Below are positions 26,824-38,445 of a stretch of DNA of 64,000 bases, piece after piece. Made by a program: the position numbers and the translations under genes. The DNA comes from Chara braunii (Eukaryota > Plantae > Charophyceae), in the NCBI GenBank assembly GCA_003427395.1, contig BFEA01000013.1:465326-529325 (forward strand), given 5' to 3'. The notes under the pieces are model-generated. The model was given only the letters and a program-made list of their open reading frames with translations, was not told where the DNA came from and made no database searches. The stretch's first letter is position 1; each line of letters opens with the position of its first letter.

Positions 26824-26931
26824 ATAATAGAGTCCTGGACTACGTAGAATTTGGTTAACTATAACTCTACAAGCTCCATTAATAATAAAATTCCCTCTGG
26901 CCGTCATTATTGGAATGTTGCCGATTAGTAT
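26824..26931 (-). pseudogene. rpoB: Plastid-type RNA polymerase beta subunit fragment (NUPT)
   Basis: [36 protein letters not shown] matches the conserved RpoB GxIPxMTxxGxFIING...RVxVxQxxRSPG motif. Codons are AT-rich and organelle-like. Confidence 0.85.
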
Positions 26932-27038
26932 TAGTTCACTTAGCAGACACTGCCCCACCAATAGCAGCAAATCATCCTACAGAGGTAGTAACAGAGTTCA
27001 GATCAACATGGAGGAAGGTCAACTCCTGCGTTCTGCCA

Positions 27039-27132
27039 CCGTCTTCATCCGAATAGAACGCCCGGTCATTACAGCTGTATTTGGTGCAACTTTCAGTTCA
27101 GGTATGGCAATTATCTATTTGGGTGAAGAAGG
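27039..27132. mobile_element. Decayed copy of the ~100-bp hairpin MITE at 28220
   Basis: CCGTCTTCATCCGAATAGA...TCTATTTGGGTGAAGAAGG. Confidence 0.6.
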
Positions 27133-28219
27133 GTGCTCGCCGATTCACAGGGGCTGAACACAAAACCACCCCAAGATTGGCAGAGCATAAACTGCAGACA
27201 GGTTCATATTGCGTGGACCACTATGAGGAGCAACCACCAAGCCTTTGGTCACATCTGCAGATTTAGATAGCCAGGCAAGATCATACTGACACCTACTCCA
27301 CTTCCGAAATTTTCGGTGCATCCCCATTACACTCAGCTCATAACCACACAAGGACTTTCCAGGATGTATCTGATCACTTTTTAAGCTCACGCTTGGAATC
27401 ACCTGACTGCAATCCCATCCACATGCAAGTTGAAAAAGTCCTCGTGTGAGTATGTCCTCCGTTTTCTGCACAAAGAAGGCTGGCAGAAGTCCATGCAAGT
27501 TTCTGTTTTCACACGTTTGATGACAGTCAACATTGCACTCATGTACGGCACCCCGACATGTCACGTCCAATTTGTAGACAGGGGCTGGAACAGCAATGTT
27601 TACACAACTGCTGAGAGAGCCTCTGTGTTCCTAGCATGTTGGAGCCACGTAGCTTGTGATATCTGTCTATGCCGTGCCATTCGATGCAGCAACTGTAACT
27701 GCGAGAATTGGATGCGGTGCTTCCACAGGCCACACCCAAACAGCTCCTGTCCAGTCTGTACGGGTGGCCACTTCCGATAGGCAACGTTTGGTCCTCAACT
27801 CTAATATCCTGCAACCCATACACTGACTACCATCTTCCCCTGAACATAACGCATAACGTGTTGTAAACAAATACAACGCATAGGATGCTTTCTATTGGAA
27901 TGCAGCACACATGTGTTCGAACAGTCCAGATTTTCAAATACAACGGACATGTGTTCTATTCGAAATTAAAGATTTTTTGGAAACTCAAATACGAGTATGC
28001 GTTATGTTCAGTGGAAGACAGTAGCCTCTTGAGCCGTTCTGGAGTATTCCGCCCCATCTGTGAGTATTAAGAACCCTGTGAAGTTTGTTACTCTTCTGTT
28101 CTGTTCTTTGCCACTTCCTCCTCTGCCCCTTCTTCCTCCCCCATCCCTCGCCTCCTATAAAACACATCGTTCCCTTTCAAATCTTCCCTTTCATTCCTCC
28201 CTCCCCTTGTGTATTACTA

Positions 28220-28323
28220 CCGTCTTCACCCGAATAGAGCACCTGGTCATTGTAGCTGTATTTGGCCAACTTTTGGTCTAGATACAACGATAATGACCAG
28301 GTGTTCTATTTGGGTGAAGACGG
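28220..28323. mobile_element. Tc1/mariner-like hairpin MITE
   Basis: ~32-bp TIR CCGTCTTCACCCGAATAGAGCACCTGGTCATT / AATGACCAGGTGTTCTATTTGGGTGAAGACGG, with TA on both sides. Confidence 0.8.
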
Positions 28324-28980
28324 TAGTGAATACATACGAACGAGCGTCATTAAGAGAAAAGACAAAATATAAGCTGAAGACCTGAAGAAAAATGAACAGG
28401 AAAATACCTCCCCCTTTACTCTGCCTCCTTTCATAACGTGCACACAGACTAAATATAAGCTGAAAACCTGAAGAAAGATGAACAGGAGTATACCTCCCCC
28501 TTTACTCTGCCGCATTTCACAATGTGCACCTCCGCCATGATGGCACATGGGGTTGTGGGCAGCTGGCCCTCAACCATCATCAACGTGGCCAGCCTTGTAC
28601 GTGAGAGGCACAGTAGGAGGGGAGCTGTAAGAACAAATAAAATGGGGGGCTTGCCAACAATAGCCGAGGTAAACATAATCAACAAAACGATATAGTGGAT
28701 CTATTGCGTTTCATATTGCTAACTGTTTCATTGTTGGGTTGGCTCATCTCAAGTGTGTCGCATTGCTAGTATAAAGGTCAGATTTCTACAATTTTGGATA
28801 CATATTGTGCTTCATGTTGCTGATTATAGAGGCAAAACTGTTTCACTGGTGGATTGGCTCATCTTAAGCATGTTTCATTCTTTGCAATAGTGGTAGAGTT
28901 GCTGTGATTTTGGATCTACTAATCTGGGTGGAACAGGGGATGTTGTGGTGAAAATTCATAACACGCACACAACACACACA

Positions 28981-29034
<54 letters not shown>

Positions 29035-29908
29035 GATGTATCTGTTTCTCTTGTTGTTTGTTCCTTCTCTGCTTTTTTTCGTATTTTGTCTGCCCAACTG
29101 AGCACCTTTAAGCAGTGCCAAATAGTCGGTCATTCCTGGTTTGGAGTGCCTGCAGCAATCTTAGGGGGGGCGCTCAGTTCGGGATGTCTGTCTGGCTTAC
29201 GGGTGCTGAAAGATGGTCGTCGGAGTGACTCCCTAGCTCAGTGGGTGGCGGGAACCAACATCCTGCGTGGTTCACCCGCGATGTGAGTAGGTGATGTGTC
29301 ACTTTGCTCCATGTTGGATGTGTGGACTGCCTTGTCTGCGCTCTGCTGCTGCCTTGCTGCCCATCCCGCTTGCTTCGCAGGTCATTCTTGGCAAGCTGCT
29401 GTGTTCACTGTGTGGTGGTGTGGCAGTGTTGTTGGTGTTGCCTTGCTCTTTGCTGCTTCGCTGCCTTGCCGCACATTTGCTGGCCGTGACCTTCGTGTCC
29501 TTTGCTTGCGTGTCTTGTAGTTTGTTTGCCTTGTTGCTGTTGCCCTGCACGGTCGCCGTGCTGCTCATCCACTCGCCCTGTCAATCCTTGCAGTAGTCAT
29601 TGTCATTGTGCAGTTAGGTTGCTCCCACAATCTTACCTGGTGCTTCGTTGAGTTGTTGCCTACTGCTATATGTGTGGCTGCCTCGCTGGTGTTGCCTTGT
29701 GCTTCACTGCGTAGTTGCCACGCTGCGTGTCCGCTTGCCGTGTCGTTCCTTCCAGTAGTCTTTGGCGTTGAGCAGGTGTGTTGCCTCTACAGCGTTGCCT
29801 GCTGCTTCGCTGGGTTGCTGCCCGCTGCTGTGTTCCGTTTGGGAACAGTCTGCCTTCAACATGGGTCAAAGGGTTCATGACCCAAACCATCAAATACGGA
29901 GATTCCAC

Positions 29909-29964
29909 AGATTGTCGATGGTTCAGCCTCCTGATGAGTCAGTGCAACTCCGACGAAACAATCT
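29909..29964 (+). ncRNA. Type III hammerhead ribozyme
   Basis: AGATT-GTC^ (cleavage after 29916); stem I GA(T)GG-TTCAG-CCTC; core CTGATGA; stem II GTC...GAC; GAAAC-AATCT closing a 7-bp stem III. Confidence 0.88.
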
Positions 29965-30630
29965 TGTTATTATCAGTTTCTACTTTTTTCGTCTTTCGTG
30001 GTTTTGGGGACTTGTATTTTTTTTTGGTTTGCCTGTTTCGTCTGTTTAAGTGTCGTCTGCCCTCCCGCCTCCTCTGTGCCCTCTAGCCTTTGCTCTTTGC
30101 TTCTGCCTCTCCTCCTATGCCTTGTTGTCTTATACCTTTGTGCGCCTACCCACCTCCCCCTTGCCCTCCAGCCTTTGCCTCCCCAATGCCCTGCAGCCAT
30201 TGTCCTTGTTGCTGCCTATCGTTCTACGCCTTACCTTTGTAAGCCCACCCACCTCCCCCTTACCCACCTGCCTTTGTCCTACGTTGTTGCATGTCATTGC
30301 ATGCTTTGTTGCCACATGCCTTTTCCTTCGCCATCTTTGTCTACCTTCCCTTGGTTGCCTTGTACTGTTTGTTTGCCCGCCAGCCTACCCCGTGCCCTCC
30401 AGCCTGTGTGACCTGTTGTCGTTAATTGCCTTCCTGTTGGTTGTGCAGTTTGCTGCTTGCTGTCCTTTGCCTTGTTCCTTGTAATTGCTGCTTTTGGCTC
30501 ACTGTTTTTTGGCTTTCTGGTCTAGTGCCCTCGGCCTCTAGTCCTTGTGTCTTTGTAGGGTCGGTGAAAGATAAAGGCCACTGTATGCACATTCTTATGC
30601 TTTCTTTTTTGGGATGTGTACCTCCTCTGG

Positions 30631-30983
30631 TGTAGCATACCGTAACGGTGCAGACCAGAACAAGCACCGACCTCTCTCACAAAGTACAAGATAGCGTAGC
30701 GGAAGACTTAGATACCAATGGTCCGAACAATCAATGTTGCAATGCAGCCCCAAGCATACATCATCATCATTCCATGGTGTGAAGGGGCCTGGCGCTCACA
30801 CAGGAAGAATGCGTCACTCCCCAACCATACACAGACGAAGAAGAGGGGGGTCAGACGAAGAAGAGGGGAAGATGGGAATGTCCTCAACACCAAGTCTTTG
30901 GCACAGGCCCCAAATAATCCCTCGTCAAATGTCTGAATCCCAATGTCGAGTCTGGACCCAATGTCGTCAAGTCCCAAAGTCAC

Positions 30984-31026
<43 letters not shown>

Positions 31027-31836
31027 NNNNNNNNNNNNNNNNNNNNNNNNNNNNNNNNNNNNNNNNNNNNNNNNNNNNNNNNNNNNNNNNNNNNNNNNNN
31101 NNNNNNNNNNNNNNNNNNNNNNNNNNNNNNNNNNNNNNNNNNNNNNNNNNNNNNNNNNNNNNNNNNNNNNNNNNNNNNNNNNNNNNNNNNNNNNNNNNNN
31201 NNNNNNNNNNNNNNNNNNNNNNNNNNNNNNNNNNNNNNNNNNNNNNNNNNNNNNNNNNNNNNNNNNNNNNNNNNNNNNNNNNNNNNNNNNNNNNNNNNNN
31301 NNNNNNNNNNNNNNNNNNNNNNNNNNNNNNNNNNNNNNNNNNNNNNNNNNNNNNNNNNNNNNNNNNNNNNNNNNNNNNNNNNNNNNNNNNNNNNNNNNNN
31401 NNNNNNNNNNNNNNNNNNNNNNNNNNNNNNNNNNNNNNNNNNNNNNNNNNNNNNNNNNNNNNNNNNNNNNNNNNNNNNNNNNNNNNNNNNNNNNNNNNNN
31501 NNNNNNNNNNNNNNNNNNNNNNNNNNNNNNNNNNNNNNNNNNNNNNCTCTTGCCAATGCCAGAACGTGCTAGCCCCTGAGGAAGCTTCCGGGTAGTTTCC
31601 AGGTAGCTTCTGGCTAAAGACTGAGGGCCTATAGGCCCTTGTTTTCAGGCTTGTCAGGCTGAACCGACCCAGGGCCTGTAGGCCCTCATTTTCAGGCTGT
31701 CAGTCTGACACGACACAGGGCCTGTAAACCCTTGTTTTCAGGCTTTCAAGCTGAAATCGACATAGCGTCCGAAGAGCCCTTACTTTCCTTGTTTGGTCGG
31801 GCCTTGCAGGCCCGTGTGGATGCGCCGTATGCCACA
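30631..31836 (-). repeat. 3' LTR of element D (partly N-gap)
   Basis: On the minus strand it begins TGTGGCATAC immediately after the polypurine tract AAGGAGGGGGGGG. Confidence 0.75.
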
Positions 31837-31859
31837 CCCCCCCCTCCTTGAAAGACCGA

Positions 31860-32160
31860 GCTTACCTGCGAGGGCGAAGCTGCCTGTCGGAGGGAGGGAC
31901 CAAAGTCTGGGTGGGAGGGGCAGGTTTGCGAAGCTTCCTTAGCTGGTCTTCGTCGCTTGTAGTTGGCGTAGATCAGTGGTGCAGATGCTTGCAAATCTGC
32001 GAACTTGGTGTCCAAAATGTCGAAGGGCACAGCCTCGCTTACATGCGGAGCGAAATACACGGGGACGGGGTCAATGCACCAATCAATTGACTTGTGCGTG
32101 TGACTGTCAGCCAATGTGACTTGCATGGGCTGCGACTTCCTCCGAACGCGTGGCCCCAAG
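31860..32160 (-). pseudogene. Element D protease-region remnant fused to a chromodomain-like tail
   Basis: QVTLADSHTH...FDILDTKF joined directly to ADLQASAPLIYANY, then the PPT. RT, RH and IN are absent. Confidence 0.55.
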
Positions 32161-33221
32161 TGTGAGGATTGAGCCCTCAAGTAGGGGCCTTGCCATGATG
32201 TACATGTTCTGGGCTAAGGCCCCAACAAGCCTAGTGCCCGCCCTAAGTGAAGGCGGGCCAGCAAGTCAACAAGAGCCCTCTGTGCCAACATTTCACGAAG
32301 TGGGGTCTATACAGTTGCAGCACGCCAGTTGGTTGGAGTGCACCGAGTCTCGGATTTCAGCAAATGCTGAAATGCCCAGGGCCTCTGAGTTAGTTAGGCC
32401 CTGGGCACTCGAACGTGAGGCCGACAATGCATGCTGGGTAGAGAGGCCGAAAATGCAAAAGGGAAATTGGCCCACTGTCTGAATCTGGCCGCAGGCCTTG
32501 ATGAAGGAGGCGCAACTGCATTGCCCCGGGGCCCAACTGTATCGAGTTGCCTTCAGCCTCTGGGCCCCGGTCACAGGCTGAAGGGAGGCCGCCCACACGC
32601 TGCACTGGCATATAGGCAAGCAGGGCGAGGCAGCGGGGACCTTGGCCATTGCGGGCAATGCCGGCACGCTGCGCAAATGCAAGCTGCTGGCTGCTGCGCT
32701 GCGCTAAGAGGTAGTGCAAGGCAGGCATGCGCTAGACGGTAGGGCACTGCCTGTGCACTGGGCGCTTGGCGGCCATAGCCGGGCTGCAGAGGCTGCAGAG
32801 GGGTGAAGGGCGAAGGTGGTACTTCGGAGGTGAAGGACGCTGTGTGGGTAACAAGGGAGAGTGTGGGGAAGAGGACACGTACCTGGTGATGGTGGAGGTC
32901 TGCATTGGTGTTGACATCATCACTCGCTGGTAGTCAAGTTCGTAGTCAAGTTCTCTGGTTGCTGTTCATTGCTGTAGTTGTAGGATAAGCTGTAGAGTAC
33001 ATAGGGCGCCTGGCGCCATTCACAAGAGAGAGCTACATTTGGGTTATGCTGTTGGTGTTGCCCTGTTGGGCATGGACATTGACTCACGATTCTTCTGTAT
33101 CATTCTCAATGGGATGGTTACTCGGTTCCATGTGCTATCTGCTTTAGCTTTGAATACTTGGACTTCAGTGTGATCTTGCATTCTGGATTTCTGTGCTTCG
33201 TCCATACTCATATTCCTTGCA
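32161..33221 (+). repeat. 5' LTR of element B
   Basis: TG...CA ends, followed by the PBS. Homologous to the LTRs at 60247-60952 and 61468-62160. Confidence 0.85.
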
Positions 33222-33224
33222 ATT

Positions 33225-33236
33225 TGGTATCGGAGC
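33225..33236 (+). promoter_or_regulatory. Primer binding site (initiator tRNA-Met)
   Basis: TGGTATCGGAGC, one mismatch from the canonical TGGTATCAGAGC, 3 nt after the LTR end. Confidence 0.9.
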
Positions 33237-33902
33237 TGGTTTGATCGCCACTTACCTTCGGCATCCTGGCGTAATACAGATATGGTGCGTTGATGATGCT
33301 TCTTCGCAGTTGGTACTTGTGACGTCAGGCCATTGATAGGTGCACGCCCTGGGTAGAGAGGAGTGCACCGGAAGGATATTACGGCATTGTTTGCCGTGGG
33401 ATACAGCGGAATGTTTGATTGATGATGACAGCATGCTGATGTGACATTGGACTAAGGTGGCACTGCATTGCGTTGTGGGTGGCACCGAGGTCATGACCAG
33501 TCATCAAATGCAACATCAGCTCAATTGGTGAGAAATCTGTGGTTGGGGGCAGCTATCTCCAGGTATGTTGTTCCCTTACCTTATCTAAGCTCTCAATCTC
33601 TTCTTACCGTGAGGAAGTGAGTCCAACTTGAGAGTCCTCTCTTTTGGTGAGGTGTCGTGAGCGCGCTACCTTGAGAGACGTCAATCTTCCCGGAAGCATA
33701 CTGGAAGGAGAAAGGGGGGTGCCTCTGAAGGGCCCTGGTCGAAGCACTTGGGTCACGGTCACCATGCCAACCCACAGGGAGTAGTGCACGCATGCGATGG
33801 CTGCTGTCCTGTTTGGCACTTGCTGCGCTAATAGAAGTTCCTCCGGGTGTGCCAGCCCATGACAGACACTACCAGACCGTCTATAAATATTTCTGGTTGG
33901 GA

Positions 33903-34011
33903 GTTCATTGTGAATCTGGCTGTGATCGTCGTCCTGACTGCGACGTTAAATAATCCCTGAAGAGATGGGGGCGCTCTATGAATTCCTCCTAATCAGCCAG
34001 ATCACATGGAC
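33903..34011 (+). ncRNA. Conserved structured RNA motif in Ty3 leader (copy B)
   Basis: Outer stem GTTCAT-TGTGA-TCTGGCTG / CAGCCAGA-TCACA-TGGAC. It encloses hairpin CGTCGT-CCTGACT-GCGACG, linker TTAAATAATCCC and a second hairpin with GGGG. Confidence 0.6.
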
Positions 34012-34499
34012 AGGAAGGCTCGTCGTCGTACGAGGGTAAATAAGAGTGGTTGGGCTGGCTTGCTCGGTGACAATTTGGGCACAGGGGTGGGCCGATACAC
34101 ACACGAAGACACTGCTCGCTCAATGATGCTGTTCGGTATGTTATGGAGGGGAGGGTAGGTTCTTATTGGTGCTCAACTGCATACACAACCATACCCATCA
34201 ATCATACATCTGCTACATTGTCTTTTTGTACCTTTGATTAGTTGGTTGACGGACTGCTAACCTCACAGACAGAATTAGTGTAGGAATCAGTTCTAACTAA
34301 CGCTGCTGTAAGTGAACCATTCAGGGTGCATGTAGACTATGTAGACCATCTGTGTGAATGTTGTAGACATGCCACTTGATTCGGTACAGTAGGATACTTG
34401 CCGGACACAACTATTGATAGAAAATTAGGTGCCGGTCAGATACATGTTGTGGTAGGATTCCACTAGGGGATTCTAGTGCAGAAACTATCTGCCTAACTA

Positions 34500-36361
34500 A
34501 TGAGTGGATCAGATCCTGTTGATGATAGAGCTGAACATAGGAGACTTACACGTTCGGAAGCATCAAGGGTTCCACACATGTTCAGGACCTTGGACGAGGG
34601 AGAAGAAAGACGGCTTCGTGCCGAACGTAGAGCCCGTGCTCTAGCAGCAGGACTACAGGAAGCAAACAGAGTAGCAAGAGAGCGGGCAACAGCAGCCAGA
34701 GCAGCAGCAATGGCTAACGGTACCAGCTCTGCTGCGTCATCGTCTGCGTTCTCGTCAGGGACTAGTGGGACTCAGTTGGGAATGCCACTGAGTTCCACGA
34801 GTTCCTCGGGCACTTCCGGTTCAACAGGGTCTAGACAATCTTCTAGTCAAATGGCAGGATCGCAGTTCAGCCCGTTGACCCCACATGAGAGGGAGCTCAG
34901 AGAAATCCAGCAGGTCGAGAGGCTCCGCCAGCAATTAGGAGGATCTGAAGAAAGCAACCGATAGAGAAAAAGAGATAAAAAGGAGAGCAGCCAGACTTGA
35001 TACGTTAGAGGCTGACAAGGCTGCGTTAGAGGGATTGGACGAATCGAGTTTGTCTGATACCCTGAAAGTGTTGAGGGACAACATGTTGTCACTGCATGCG
35101 CACGTAGACAGCAGGATGGACCTCATGCAAAGCACTTTGAACCAGATCTTGGATGCATTGACAAAGCCAGGATTCCGACCACCAGCACAATCGTCGTTGC
35201 CGTTAACGGCGATGTCAGGCCCCTTTGCCGTACAAGCTGGCACACAGCCAAGTGGCACATCTGCAGCAGCAGCAGACTGTTGCATCTTCTTCTTCGGGTC
35301 CAGTGGTGATTGTTGCATCACCACAACAACCTGTTCAGCCAATTGGACAGCCGCAAGGTCAATGGTATCCCAAGACCCCAATGAAACCGCCTCTGGCCTT
35401 CTCAGGCGAGAGAAAGGACGAGGAACTCAACACTTGGTTGAGGACAGTCCCGGTTTGGGTGAAGGCCAAAAGGACCTTGCCTGAGGACGAAGTGGTAACT
35501 ACGGCGTCTGACCTTGAGGGTAAGGCAGCCAAGTGGTTAGATGGTGTAGTTGTGAAGGCCAGGTACGGGAGACGCATGGCGGATTGGGCTAAGTCTTTGA
35601 CTTTAGACCAATTCATGGAGATGGTAGAAGCTCGGTGGCATAACCCACAGGAGGCTCAAAGGGCCACTGATGCCATTAACAAACTGGACCAAAGCAAGTT
35701 CAGGTCAGTTAGGGAGCTTACGACTACCATCGAGAGCCTGATCCTCGTCCCAGGTATCAACTACAGCGACCAGCTCCTGTTGCTTACGTTTGTCAGATGT
35801 CTCCCAGAGAACATGAGGAACTTACTAGCCAGTGAGGCACGCACCGAGTACCACTCGTTTGAGACATTGTCTAGGAAAGCCTTAGACTTAGAGGCCACNC
35901 TAGGCAATGCTCAACCCACCTCAGGGAATGACTCAAAGAAGAAGAAGAGTCCTCAGGAGTGGAAGAAGAAGGGGGCGAAGTTGATGATGGTTGCGTCTGA
36001 TGGGACTCAAACTGAGATTGATGAGCTCTCTAACCTGATGGACTACTCAGAGTATGACGGCGAGGAGGTAGCTGAGGGTAGCACCCTCACCGCGGTAGTT
36101 AAGGCTAAGACGGCAGGCCGAGGGAAGGGCCAACCTAGGGGTCAAGGAAAGGCCGCCTCCAATCAGACCAAACAATCTGAGTGGGTAAAGGCAGGTCTTG
36201 ATCAAGACGTGTGGCGTGACCGCCGAATGCGTGGCGCTTGTATCAACTGCGGAGAGTACGGACACACGCAGTGGAAGTGTCAGAACGCGAAGGTTGCGCA
36301 AAAGGTTGCGCCAAAAGTGGGGGCAACTTATTCCCACGCTTCTAGCTCGGGAAACGCGTAG
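34500..36361 (+). pseudogene. gag: Gag of element B (frameshifted)
   Basis: PPLAFSGERKDEELNTWL...AAKWL capsid-like region. CINCGEYGHTQWKC knuckle. Spread over ORFs 34500, 35035 and 35225. Confidence 0.88.
36349..36355 (+). promoter_or_regulatory. -1 ribosomal frameshift slippery heptamer G_GGA_AAC
   Basis: Correctly phased in the gag frame one codon before the gag TAG. The pol ORF (36367) is in the -1 frame and open from the heptamer. Confidence 0.7.
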
Positions 36362-38445
36362 GGCCAGTGGAAGTAGTAGCGGCATTTACTCAAGATGAAG
36401 TGGGCATGATACCCTTCTCGCTTCATGACAAGGCCGAAGCTAATGACTCCTTAGTCACCCCGCAGACGCATCTAGACCAAACTATGCTCTGTACGTTAGA
36501 TGTGTCTGAGGCCTTAGAAGACTTAGAAGGCGAGTGGTCAAACAAGGACCCTCGCGAGTCTTGGGTGGCGCTAAAGAAGGGTCCTAGAGGGGAACATTTC
36601 GTGGTGGAAGTGGATGTAGGAGGCCGCAAATGTGGAGCCTTCATAGACAACGGATTCACGCGAAATTACATAAGTCGCGATTGTTTGGAAAGGCTGCACC
36701 TACAGGACCGGGTACGGCACCTTAACAGACCAGTAGCATCTAGTTTGGCCAACAAAGAGCGCATGATTGTCACAGACTACATCAAGGACGTAGTCTGTAC
36801 CTTCTCCTATGGAGGAGGAGAGCTTGCCATTCGAAATGTTGTTAGGCATGTACTACCTCGAAGTTGCTAAGCCCCAGTTCGACTGGGATAAGAAGGTGCT
36901 TAAGCATAAGTTGCCCAATGGCCGAACTGTCAGATTGACTAAGTTCAAGGCCAGCAGTATTATAGATACCTATGGCTGCTTGTGTGCATCAGTGTTCTAT
37001 AACTACTACAAGCAAAACCAAGAGGAAGGTATGTACCTCGTTTACGTCTCTGAGAAGGGGGAGGCCATTAAAACACCTCCAGATATTGAAAGCGTCGTTG
37101 CTAAGTTCCCCGATCTGTTCGAGGAGCCCTCAGGAGTTGTTGATACTGAAGTCGTCCACGCTATAGAAATCATTCCAGGGAGTAAGACCCCAAAGGGAAG
37201 GATCTACAGGATGGCCCCTGCCGAGTTAGATGAACTTCGGAAGCAACTCAAGGGGCTGACAGAGAAGGGATGGATTCGGCCTAGTACTTCCCCTTACGGA
37301 TCACATGTGCTATTCGTGCCAAAGAAGGGGGGTACTTTGAGGATGTGCATTGATTATAGGGGCCTCAATGCCATCACGGTGAAAAACGCAAAGCCTCTAC
37401 CTCGCATAGACGACCTATTGGATAGGGTGCAAGGATGCAAGTACTATACAAAGATAGACTTGAAATCCGGTTATCACCAGATCGCAATAAGACTTGAGGA
37501 CCAACACAAGACAACTTTTCAGACTAGATATGGTCTGTATGAGTTTGTAGTGATGCCTTTCGGTCTTTGTAATGCGCCGGGTACGTTCCAGCACGCCATG
37601 AATCGGATCTTCCATGACCATTTAGATAAGTTTGTCGTGGTCTACTTAGACGACATTCTGATCTTTAGTAAGTCTGTCGAGGAGCACGCACAGCATGTTG
37701 AGAAAGTTTTCTCACTCCTGCGACAACACAAGTATAAGGTCAACTTAAAGAAGCACGAGTTTGGCCGCATTAAGATACTATACTTGGGTCATGAAGTATC
37801 CGCGGAGGGGATTAGGCCGGAAGATGCGAAGGTGGCTAGTATTCGAGAATGGCCACGACCTCAGACAGTCACTGAGGTCAGATCATTCTTAGGAATGTGC
37901 GGCTACTATAGGAACTTCGTCAAGAACTATTCTACAGTCGCCTCTCCTTTGACTGATCTAACTCGACTTGACACATCGTGGGACTGGAGTGATGAGTGCG
38001 AGGGTGCTTTCAAGAGATTGAAGCATGCACTCATGAATCATGGAGTTCTCATGGTTCCCAATTCGCAAAAGTCATTCATAGTGACCATTGACGCAAGCCA
38101 ATACGGCATTGGCGCAGTGCTGGCTCAGCAGGATGGGAAAAATTGGAGACCGATTGAGTACATGAGTAAGAAGATTCCATCGAAGATGTTGGCTAAGTCC
38201 ACCTACGAAAGGGAACTCTATGCTCTCTACAAGGCACTTGTCCATTGGAGACACTTCCTTCTGGGAAGGTTATTCTATCTGAGGACTGATCATCAGACCC
38301 TCAAATGGATCAAGACTCAACCGGCTTTTTCTGATGCACTCAAGCGATGGATTGAGTTCATAGATCAATACGACTTCAAGCTTGAGTACCTGAAGGGAGA
38401 GTACAACAAGGTTGCATACGCGCTATCCCGTAGAGCAGACTACCT
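36349..38445 (+). pseudogene. pol: Pol of element B (protease, RT, RNase H)
   Basis: [47 protein letters not shown]. Frameshift/deletion near 36825; integrase missing. Confidence 0.95.

Larger units (their letters stand above)
32161..38445 (+). mobile_element. Ty3/gypsy element B (5' LTR, gag, PR, RT, RH; 3' half lost), nested in element D
   Basis: LTR TGTGAGGA...TCCTTGCA, PBS, gag with CCHC knuckle, RT YLDD, RNase H. Ends abruptly after RRADYL. Confidence 0.93.

Noticed and set aside
30708-31579. Long ORFs spanning N-gaps (also 11871-12449 and 56049-56920)
   Set aside because: Open only because of Ns and (GA)n tracts.
33957-33985. CTGAAGAG...GAAT hammerhead-like core within leader motif B
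   Set aside because: GAAA is incomplete and the core is not conserved in copy A.
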